Assembly: GCA_043228905.1 (NCBI GenBank)
Contig: JBHGNT010000011.1
Coordinates: 8,680,001-8,744,000, forward strand
Length of the DNA: 64,000 nt
Source: Azolla caroliniana
Taxonomy: Eukaryota; Plantae; Polypodiophyta
Reading direction: 5' to 3'
The position numbers and the translations under genes were made by a program. Position 1 is the first letter of the stretch. Each line of letters begins with the position of its first letter. Positions 27,001 through 39,000 of the stretch are shown here, in pieces. The notes beneath the pieces were generated by a model that saw only the letters and a list, made by a program, of their open reading frames with translations, did no database searches and was not told the DNA's origin.

Positions 27001-30000
27001 ACAAGGTCATGGGGGAGATACCGAGGAGTATGATGATATGGCTGATGATGCAGCCAACGATGATGACGGGCAATATCATGACCATCATACTCTAGGTGAC
27101 AATTCAGCAGCTCCTCCGGAAGAAGAAGAGGTTAGAAGGTCTATGAGACAAAGAAGACCTTCTACTAGATACAGCCCACATGAATATGTGATGCTTTCAG
27201 ATGGAGGAGAGCCAGAAAGCTTTAGAGAAGCTATGGCAAATGATCATAAGGAGGAATGGCTTGACGCCATGAATGATGAGATGAAGTCTTTGCTAGACAA
27301 TCACACTTATGATCTTGTAAAGCTGCCTAAGGGCAAGAGAGCGCTGAAAAACAAATGGGTTTACAGGCTCAAGACTGAGGAACATTGCTCACAACCAAGA
27401 TACAAGGCAAGATTGGTTGTGAAAGGGTTCAGCCAGAAAAAGGGAATTGATTTCGAGGAGATTTTCTCACCAGTGGTGAAGATGTCCTCGATCAGAGTTG
27501 TACTTGGGATCGCAGCTAGTCTCGATCTGGAAGTTGAGCAGCTTGATGTAAAAACCGCCTTCCTCCATGGCGATTTGGAAGAAGAGATTTACATGGATCA
27601 ACCCGAAGGATTCAAAGTCAAAGGTAAGGAAAACCTGGTATGCAAGTTAAATAAGAGCTTGTATGGCCTAAAACAAGCTCCTAGACTTTGGTACAAAAAG
27701 TTTGACTCTTTTATGCTGAACCATGGGTATAATAGAACAAACACAGACCATTGTGTGTTTGCTAAGAAATTCCCAGATGGGGATTTTGTCATTTTGCTCC
27801 TGTATGTTGATGATATGTTGATCGTTGGTCAAGACACCAACAAGATTGAGAATCTGAAAAAGGAACTCAGCAAATCTTTTGCAATGAAAGACTTGGGACC
27901 AGCCAAGCAAATCCTTGGGATGAAGATAACCAGGGACAGGGCAAATAAAAGACTTTGGCTATCTCAAGAAAAGTACATTGAGAAGGTACTTGAGAGATTC
28001 AACATGGCTAAGAGTAAACCGGTCAACACTCCACTCGCGGGCCACTTTAAACTTAGCTCAGCTCAATGCCCTACGAGTGATGAAGAGCAAGAAGAAATGA
28101 CACAAATACCATATGCCTCTGCAGTCGGCAGTTTAATGTATGCTATGGTATGCACGAGGCCGGACATTGCTCACGCAGTTGGTGTAGTGAGCCGTTTCCT
28201 CTCAAACCCTGGAAAAGATCATTGGGAAGCAGTGAAATGGATCTTGCGATATCTGAGGGGTACCTCAAGAGTCTGTCTAAAATTTGGTGAGAACCAAACT
28301 ATATTAGATGGATATACAGATGCCGATATGGCTGGTGATGTTGACTCCAGAAAGTCTACATCTGGTTACCTAATGATCTTTGCAGGGGGAGCAGTCTCTT
28401 GGCAATCGAGATTGCAAAAATGTGTGGCATTATCCACAACGGAGGCCGAGTATATTGCTGTCACAGAAGCTAGTAAGGAATTGTTATGGCTAAAGAAATT
28501 CCTACAAGAGTTGGGGCTGACTCAAGAAAAATACATCTTGTATTGTGACAGCCAAAGTGCTATACACTTAAGTAAGAACTCTTCCTTTCATTCCAAGTCA
28601 AAACACATAGATGTTAGATACCATTGGATTAGAGATGTGCTTGAAGAAAAGCAAATGCACATTGCAAAGATTCACACAAATGAGAATGGTTCTGACATGA
28701 TGACAAAATGTTTGTCAAGGGAGAAGCTTGAAGTTTGCAAACAAAAGGCAAACCTAGTTGTGCCTCCCACTTGAGATGGAGGGGGAGAATTGTTGGGGCC
28801 TGTCCACTCAAGTGGAGCCCACAATGTTAAGTCGGCTAAACGCCGAATACAACTTAAAACTAATTAGTTACATTTAAATATATATATATATATATGTATG
28901 TATGTATGTTTCCTCTTTTTCTTTTTGTATGTTTTTGGGCGTGTGTCTTTTTTGTTTTGTTTTGTTCAGGTGTGAAAACATATTCGAAAAAGGACGTTGC
29001 CCTACAAGGCTGAGGGAAGAGGGGCAGACGCAGAAAAAAAACGGTTACAACAAAAAGAGAGTGCAGAAAAAAGAAAAAAAAAAACAGAGAATATAGAAGT
29101 GTGATACAATCTGATTTTGTGAGTGAAAAACAGAGAGTAAACTGAGAGGGAAGTCTTCGAGAAAGACAGAGAAAAATAGAGAAAAACGAAGTGCATAAGA
29201 AAACATATCTAAGAGGCTGAAAACAGAGATTCGACAAAAAGAGGTGTGTAAGAAGACACAAGAAATCAGAAGTGAACAAGTGAACAAGTGTGAGAGCTCG
29301 AGAACAAGGTGATCGAGAACGAGAACTCGTTGCAAGTGTAAAGACGGAGATCTAGTGAGGTGTTGTTTGGACCACAACAACTCTTCCGTTTGCTCGTAAC
29401 AGGTTTACTTGTTTGTGTTTCTTTTGGGTTTTTCTTTTGGTCGTTTATCTTATTTGGTAGGGTGAACATTGTATCCAAGGCGGTAGCCTTGAAATATAAG
29501 TGCATATCTCTAGAGTAAACTCTTGAGGCTATATACGCCTTGTACACTCAGAAATTAGTGAATTTGTTTTGGAACCTAAGGTTCCCGTGGTTTTTCCCAA
29601 TTTTTGGGTTTTCCACGTTAAAATTTGGTGTACTCTCTTTTTGTGTTGTGGTGTTGTTTATTTCGATTCTTGAGTTGGTATTACGAATCATCCCGATTCC
29701 GCTCCATATCCCTATCATGCAAAACCCTAAATCCACCCTTTTGCTGGTTGACAGAGATTGGAACAGCACTGTCCTAGCATCCAAGAGAGGAAAGGGGGTA
29801 TTTTTGCTTTTGGGATGACATTGCTATGTGATTGAGAGGTGACTTGAGAAAAGAAGTCCGAAGAGAAGAGCAGAGATAGGCTAAGTTGAGAAGATGGATG
29901 AGGTGTTCTCAAAATTGAACGAAAATGAGGTGAAAACATTGGTGAAAACATTGGTGAAATACATGAAGCAGGCTGAGATTGCAGAATCTGGAGGTGTGAC

Positions 30001-33000
30001 AGGAACACAACCACCACCCCGACTTGAACTCCTCCCAGTTGAGTTCAAACTCGATGGACCAGCCACATACTTGAGCTGGTCACGTCGGATTATAGGTGCC
30101 TTGGCAAGGAGAAGGCTTGACGGCTACCTAACTGGAGTAGAAAGAAAGAAAGAAAGATATATTAACGTCTTTTAAGAGGCCAAAATGGCCTATAAGACCG
30201 AATAAGAGATTACATCTTAAATGTTTTCTCGTCTTTGAGAACAAATCAAAATAAAGTAAATATTACACAATAAATATAAAAGTAAATAAGATGAAGAGAA
30301 AAGAGACGAGAGAATCTGGTTTTTGGCACATGCGAGATTCTCAAGTTAGGTGTATTGTAGCCTTTGTCTCCGAAAGATCTCTATCATAGGTAGAGAAAGA
30401 ACATCCTGTCAAAACGAGCAATGAATGGAAAGCATGGAGAGCTACCCACGCGTCTTTGTACAAGTGGCTTCTCAACTCCATGGTTCCATAAATCGCCACA
30501 ACTGTTAATGGAATTTTAAGTGTGAAGGAGATATGGGAGAAATTGCAAAAGACGTATGCTGGGTGGGGAAACAACATGAGAGTATTTCAAATCGAGCAAG
30601 AGATAGATGCAGTTTGGCAAGGAGATAGGATGATTGATGAATATGCCATAGAGCTGGAGCGTCTATGGGCAAAATATGATCATTTCTCACATGTGACAGT
30701 GTGCAATGATCCTCAATGTAAGAGCAAGGAAATTTCTATTCAAAGAAGAACCATGCAATTTTGAAACATCTCAACCTGTCGTTTGATCAAAGAAGGGCGG
30801 TTCTTCTAGCCAAGGCTAAAATTCCCACACTTGATGAGGCAATTGCGACTATGATACAAGAGGAGAGTAGAATGAAGCTGCTCTCTGACACTACCGGACT
30901 TCCAGGGGTATGATTGGCACTAATGGTGTCAAATTCAAGCGGAAGTGAAAATCGAAAATGCTACAATTGTGGTGAAGCTGGTCATTTAGAGAATGCTTGC
31001 CCTAAACCAGCTAAGGAGAGAGAATATGGAGGACATGGACAAACTAAAGGTCGTGGTCGATGGGGTCAAAGAGGTGCAATAGGAGGTCACCAAGCAAACC
31101 TGATGGTAGCAAAAGAACAGGAAGGAACTAAGGTGGTGTTCACTGAAGAGGATCAAGCTCTCTTAGAAATACTTAGGAGAAAGCAAAGAGCTGTAGATGA
31201 TACTTCATTCATGTCAAGAGGTAACATTGCCACCTATGCTTATTCAGCCACAAGTACTAGCAACACAAATACTCTTGCCTCTACACCAAAATGGATAATT
31301 GATTCTGGTGCATCTAGGCATGTGATGGGTAATGCTAGTGAATTCTCCTTGTATACTAACTTAGCAATGCCAGAAAGCATTCAAATTGCTGATGGTACAA
31401 CACAACCTATAGTGGGTATAGGTATAGTAAAATGTACTAACTCTATGACATTGTCTAATGTGTTGCATGCTCCTTCTTTCCCAATAAACCTATTATCCAA
31501 AAGTTCTATCATACACCAACTAAAATGTGTTGTTTCTTTTGATATTCCCAAGGTCATATTCTAGGAGAAAGGGACAAGTCGGAGACTTGGGACTGGCACA
31601 TGGCATAGTGGACTATGGTATTTGGATCATCAAGGGCTGGATTCAGCATTAGCATCTATGGTAAAGGGAACAGATGTAAGGGGATCTAAAATGAGTTATG
31701 AGGAGTTGTTGATACTTTACCACCAACGTATGGGACATACCTCTTATGGCGTTTTGAGTCAAATGTATCCACACCTTTTTGAAAAGGCTGACAAAACAAA
31801 ACTTGTTTGTGACGCATGTGAATTTAGTTAGCTTACTAAAAGCTCATATGCTAGTTCAGGTCATAGGAGTTCCCATGCATTTGATGTAATACACTCTGAT
31901 GTTTGGGACCATGTTCCACAAATTCTATTAATGGATATCGATATTTTGTCTCTTTCATTGACTGCTTCTCTCATGTGACTTGGTTATCTTTTATGAGGAA
32001 AAAGAATGAAGTATTTGCTGGTTTTAAAGATTTTCATAGAGCAGTTCAAACTCAATATGGTGCAATTGTAAAAGTGTTGAGGTCTGATAATGGAACAAAG
32101 TATGCTAACATCACATTTAGGGCATACCTCTCAAATCAAGGAATACAACATCAAACTACATGCCCATATACACCAGAACAAAATGGAGTAGCAGAGAGGA
32201 AGAATAGACATCTTCTAGAGGTAACAAGAAGCATGATGATTTCTATGAATGTCCCAAAGCAGTTGTGGGGACTGGCAGTTTTGACGGCTACTACATTGAT
32301 CAATAGAATGCCCTCTAGAGTATTGGAGTGGAAATTGTTGTAAGCGAGGAGGGTCGTCTGTGCGGAAGATCAAGGAGCATTCGATTCTTTTCTGCAGTAC
32401 CTGCGTATGAGAGATTGTAGGTCGTTGCACAGAGAGAGAGAGAGAGAGAGAGACAAAGAGGCACAAAAGAGTCTTTGTTTCATAAAGCAAATAATACAAC
32501 AACTAACCTCACAAAGAGGTTACAAGGTCACTATATATAGTGACCGACTTAGGGCAACTACCCTTTATGCTAATTACATAAATGGCCAAAACGGGATAGT
32601 GTGAATACGTCCATTATACACATGTATTCGACACTCCCCCGTAATGGGCGTATACATGGGTTATCTAAGATTACAGGTATAGACTTAGGTTCTCGGACAT
32701 ATCAGCTTTGTTCGAGTCGGCAGGGTCCGAAGGCAGAAGACCGAACTGGTCGGGTCGGAACAGTTGAAGCCGATCATTAAGGAACTGATGTCGGTTGTCG
32801 GGAACCATCCTGCTCTGTGTCCGGCTCTAACCGGACTGGTTCGTCGTTACGCCCATCTGATGCCGAAGAGACCGAAAGCGGTCTGCCGAAAGACACTTGG
32901 TCATTCCATCTGCGACATTGTCGGTTGTGGATATTTTCTCTAGACCGATTTTCCCTGAAATGACGCAGTCCCGAACGAAGTGATATCGAACGTCGATATG

Positions 33001-36000
33001 TTTGGAGGCGTTGTGGTGAACCGGATTTTTCGACAAGGCAACAGCACCTTGACTGTCGCTGTAGACAACTGGAGCCGAGTCATGGTCGACTTGTCGAAAC
33101 GTGTGCGCCAGCCGACCGAGCCACAAGGCTTCTTTTGCCGCGTCGGACGCAGCTACATATTCTGCTTCGGTCGTTGAGGTCGCTGTGCACTCCTGAAGTT
33201 TCGACTTCCACGAGATTGCTCCATTGCCGAATTTGAAGCAGTATCCGGTTGTTGATTTCCGACTGTCTATACAGCCGGCGAAGTCCGAGTCGGTGTAACC
33301 GACTACGCCTGAGGTTCGGTTCGGACCGAAAAGAATGCCATGGTCTTTTGTGCCAGCCAGATATCTGAACACATGCTTGACTGCGTTCCAATGCGATCGG
33401 CCAGGATTGTGCATAAATCTGCTAACGACTCCTACGGCATGAGAGATATCAGGCCGTGTCGCGACCATCAGGTACATAAGGGAGCCGACTGCCGGTGCAT
33501 ACGGTACCGACTTCATATCTTCCCCCTCCGAACCGGATGTCGGGCAGTCTCGCTGAGAGAGCCGAAGATTCATGGGGAGCGGGGTTGAAGCAGATTTGGC
33601 TGATTGCATGTTGAAGCGTTCCAAGACACGTCCGATATAGTCGGTCTGAGACAAAAAAAGATGTCGTTTATCGCGATGCCGACTAATCTTCATGCCAAGG
33701 ATGTGTCGTGCCGGACCGAGGTCCTTCATGGCAAACTTCAACCGCAGTTGCCGAACGAGATCGGCAAGTTCGCCCGCGTGGCGTCCAGAAATTAGCATGT
33801 CGTCCACGTAAATGATGAGGAAGATGGGTGATCCATCTTGAGCTGTGTTGGTGAAGAGACAATGGTCCTCATCGCTTTTTGAGAAGCCGATCGATTGGAT
33901 GAAGTCGTCGAACTTCTTGTACCATTGTCGCGGTGCCTGTTTGAGGCCGTATAGACTCTTCCTGAGTCGGCAGACTAGATGTTCTTGGCCGGTGGCCACG
34001 AAGCCTTTTGGCTGCTCCATATAAATTTCCTCGTCAAGATCACCATGGAGGAATGTTGTTTTGACATCTAGCTGAATCAGCTCCAAGTTGTCGGCTGCCA
34101 CTACGCCGAGTAGGAAACGAAGGGTAGTCATTTTCACCACTGGTGAAAAAATCTCGTCGAAGTCGACGCCATATTCTTGTCGGAAGCCCTTCGCAACTAA
34201 TCTGGCCTTGTACTTTGGGGTGGTCGAATCAGACGTCTCTTTTAGTCGATAGACCCACTTGCAAGGAAGAGCACGTCGGTTCCTAGGTAATTCGACCAGA
34301 TCCCAAGTCTTGTTTGCCCGAATGGAGTGCATTTCCGACTCCATCGCCAGATGCCAGGTGGCGGAATCGACAGATGTCGATGCTTCTTCGTAAGACGTCG
34401 GTTCGCCGGCGTCGGTGAAGAAAATTCCAGGAGAATACCTCTCCGGAGGTTGCGACAGTCTCTCGGATCGTCGAGGCATGATTGGACTGGTCGCATCGGG
34501 TATCGAGGTCGGATGGTCCGAAACCGAATCATTCGGCTGTGCCGAGTCAGAGTTGTCCGAGTCGGTAGTGTAAGGTTCAGCTACCCGTGAAGCTGACCGT
34601 GTGTTGTGAGCGGGGCCTTCATGAAGGGTCGGCACATCGGAAAATGTTACCCTTCGGACTTCGATCGGTTTTTCGACTGATGGAGTCATAGCCGACTCGT
34701 TGAACACAACGTCCGAACTTCGAACGATTTGTCTGCGTTCGGGGTCCCAGAGTCGGTATCCCATTTCGCCGTCGGATCCATATCCAAGGAAAATGCATTT
34801 CCTGGACCGAGGTGCAAGTTTTCGGCGATCATCTTTCGGAATAAGGGCGTACGCCTCGCATCCGAAGATCCTCAGCTTGTCGTAATTCGGCTTACTGCCG
34901 ATCCATAGTTCCTGAGGAATTTGAAGTCCTAGAGGTCTACTTGGCGACATATTGATTATGTGTACTGCCGTGAGTAGAGCCTCTGCCCAGAAGCCATCCG
35001 ACAGTCCGGAGTGTTGGAGCATGGAAACTATCCGTTCTTGGATTGTCCGATTCATGCGTTCGGCAATCCCGTTTTGCTCCGGGCTGTGTGGTGCCGTAAA
35101 TTCACGTCGGATGCCGCGTTGTCGGCAGAATTTGACGAATTCTTCGGATTTAAACTCTCCCCCATTGTCTGTCCGAAAGCATTTCAGCTTTCGGTCGGTT
35201 TGATTTTCTACCATAGCGAGCCAGTCGGTGAAGATCGAGAAGACACGATCTTTAGTGCGAATTGGATAAGCCCACACCTTTCGAGTCGAGTCGTCAATAA
35301 AAGTGACGAAGTAAGAGGCACCGCCTAGAGACTGATGCGGCATTGGGCCACAGACGTCCGAATGGACTAAATCGAGAGGTCTCGTTTCTCTTGGTGCGGA
35401 TGTCGGGTGTGATGCGGCTGCTTGTTTGCCATACTGGCAATGCTCGCAGAATTGATGGTCCGAGAAGGAGAGTTTGGGGATGTATCCGGCTCTGGATAGG
35501 TGCGTGATGCCAGCCTTGCTGAGGTGTCCTAATCTTCGGTGCCATAGTGATGACACAGGAATATCCACCAAAAACAGGTTACCCTCTCTGAGCGTAACAT
35601 GTAACGGATACAGGGAGTGTATCTTGGGTCCTCTAGCAAGCAGGAGGTTCCCCCTGTGGAGTGTCCACCCTCCCGAAGAAAAACCGGCACGAATGCCGTC
35701 TTCATCTAGTTGTCCGACTGAGATCAATGGCCTTGAGAGCTCGGGTACATGTCGGACATTGTGGAGTACAAGTGTAGAGCCACCTGCAAGGTTGAGCTCT
35801 ACTGTGCCGATTCCGATGATGTCACAGTGTTGTGAGTTGCCGACCCGAACTGAGTCGGAGTGACGGATCGTATATTGCCGAAATTGGGATCGATGAGGAG
35901 TCACGTGAAATGACGCACCCGAATCCAAGAGCCATGTGCTCGATTCTTCAGTCGTGAGCAGAACTTCTGAGCCGACTGGATTTTCGATTGATAGTATGTT

Positions 36001-39000
36001 CGGGTCGTCTGGTAGCACATCAGCTGAGAAGCTGACGTAATTGATCTCCTCATGCCGGCCACTCTTCTTGTTGTTCTTGTTCTTGAGTGCGCGGCAGTCG
36101 GCTTTGATGTGTCCAGGTTTCTTGCAATAGTTGCAGATTCGGTTATCCCGTGACTGGCTCCGTCTTCGCTGATTGTTCGGCGGTCGTGAGGAATCTCTTC
36201 CTCGTATGTTCGATCGGTCTGTCGAACCTTGTACTACGTAAGCGTCGTCTGTTGAGTCTTTGGCGAAAGACTTTCTCCGAGCTGCTTCGGTCAGGATTGC
36301 GCTCGTGACTTCGGAGTATTTAACAGCCGTGATTGACGCGTTGCACACGGTTGTGACGAAAGTTTCCCAAGATGAGGGAAGGCTGCTCATGAGTATCATT
36401 GCTCTGAGTTCATCCTCGATTGCCGTCCCCTGTGACGAGATTTGGGAGCTTATGCTTTCGTACTCATTGAGGTGTGCTTGGACCGAATCGGATTCTTTCA
36501 TCCGCAAGTTGTAGAGGCGCCGGATCAGAAACATCTTCGTTGCGGCGACCTTCTTTTCGTAAGTGTCCGACAGTGTTTTCCACAGTTCGAATGCTGTCGT
36601 ACACGATTGCACCGTAAAGTATACCGATTCCGATAGGTGCATCCGAATCGTGGCGCGGACGATTCTGTCCAGCTTCTGCCACTCAGTTGGTTTGTATCCT
36701 TCTGGAGGTTCTTCATTTTCGATGGGATCGATTTGCCCCTTGACTATGAGATAGTCCTGCATTTGTTCCTTCCAGAAGTTGAAGTTCGATCCATCGAACT
36801 TTCGTAGACTCATTTCTGACGAGCCTGATGTTGATGCCATCAAATTCGGTTTCGGTTGACGAAGCTCGGTTCGGAGTTGACTGTGAACCTTGTTGGAGTG
36901 CAGCCGGTTGGCTCACCCGATATCGTTCTAGTCGGATTTGAACCCGAGTCGGTTCGGCTTCGGAACTTGCTCGAATTGACTCCGGTAACTTGAGGGACAG
37001 AACCGACTGGTCTTCCCGAGTGTTGCCGAGTCGGAGTGAGTCCGGTTCGCTTCGGATATATGTGCCGAATACCGATTATTGAAACCGATTATCTGGACCG
37101 ATTCTGCTTCGGGTGGCTGCAGCGACGAGAGAGACAGATCCAACTGATCCTCTCGAATGTCGATCAGCCGGATGAAGCACGAATTGGGGTTGTTGTCTTG
37201 AGACCGATCTGCACCGAGTGGTTACAACGAGCAGCGTTTGGTGACCTCTTCGGATGCCGTTTAACCGAATGGAGCACGATCGTGTCAATGATGCACAAGG
37301 GGATTTCACCTCGAGCGGTTACGATCACAAGGAACAGAGTACAACCTGAAGGCTTACTCCAAGCAAGAGGATCTAACGCGATGAGGTGCAAACCTCGTTT
37401 TTGTTCTTCTTCTCTCTTTCTTCGAATGACGCGAATACTGTGCAGGCCGAGATGAAGTGAAGAACCGAATGTTGTGCAGGCGGTGATGACGGCCGAACCT
37501 TCGCTCTGATACCAGATGTTGTAAGCGAGGAGGGTCGTCTGTGCGGAAGATCAAGGAGCATTCGATTCTTTTCTGCAGTACCTGCGTATGAGAGATTGTA
37601 GGTCGTTGCACAGAGAGAGAGAGAGAGAGAGAGACAAAGAGGCACAAAAGAGTCTTTGTTTCATAAAGCAAATAATACAACAACTAACCTCACAAAGAGG
37701 TTACAAGGTCACTATATATAGTGACCAACTTAGGGCAACTACCCTTTATGCTAATTACATAAATGGCCAAAACGGGATAGTGTGAATACGTCCATTATAC
37801 ACATGTATTCGACAGAAATCTCCATGTGAGTTATTGCAAGGCAATAACTTTGGAATCCTTCCTTTGAAGGTGTTTGGATGTGTGTGTTTTGTAAAGGACA
37901 ATAGACCATCTGTAGGAAAACTTGATCCTAAAGCTGTGAAATGTGTATTTGTGGGATACTCTGCCACACAAAAGGCTAAGTTTGCTGGAGTCCAGTAGAG
38001 AAGAGATTATTTGTGAGCATGGATATGCATTTCAAAGAGTCAAAGCCATGTTACAAACAAGAGGTAACTTCACCCTTTGATGACTTAATTGAGACTGAAA
38101 ATATGAGGGCATAGGAGATAAGGAAGAAGAAGGAAAAGAAGATGAGGAACCTATATGTGTTGGGACTCAAGCTGAGGGGGAGCTAAAGGTGTATACAAGG
38201 AAGAGAAGGAAAAAAGAAGGAAATATGAACATGTCTTCAGTGCCACATGTGCCATCAAGTTCCATGTCCCGACCTGCCTCGACTTCTGAAATACCTACAG
38301 AACTCCCAAACCCAGAAATCACAGGTGATATGATTTCCTCTCCTTCTCCTATAGAGATTAGGAGGATCTCTCGCAGTAATGCCAGATTCCTTCCTGATCA
38401 TTATGGTTTTCCTCATGATATTGCTCAGTTTATCTCTTATTCTAACATATCAGCTACACATAGAGCATTCATTGCATCATTAGACTCTGTCACTTTACCC
38501 AAGTGTTGGCAGGTTGCTAAAGAAGATCCAAAATGGAAAGCAGACATGCAAGAAGAACTCGGAGCTCTTAAGAAGAACAAAATTTGGGAGATTGTGTCAC
38601 TACCACCAAGAAAGAAAGCAGTTGGGTGCAAATGGGTGTTTACAATAAAACAGACCCCAGAGGTAAAAATAGATCGATACAAGGCACGATTGGTGGCTAA
38701 AGGATATAGTCAAACATATGGCATTGACTATGATGAGAATTTTGCACCTGTGGAGAAGATGAGCACTATTAGAACTCTTATTTCCTTAGCAGTGAATAAG
38801 GATTGGAAATTACATCAATTAGATGTAAAAAATGCATTCCTTCATGGAGAGTTGATTGAGGAAGTGTACATAGATGCCCCCCCAAGTTTCGGTACAATTC
38901 AAACAGTAGGTAAGGTTTGCAGACTAAGGACGTCACTTTATGGACTAAAGCAATCTCCTCGAGCAGGTTAAGAAGGGCTATGGTGGGTATGGGATACCAA

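Noticed and set aside
32980-37455. Many antisense and alternative-frame ORFs over the GC-rich copia
   Set aside because: Expected shadows of a GC-rich coding strand with few stop codons; no motifs.
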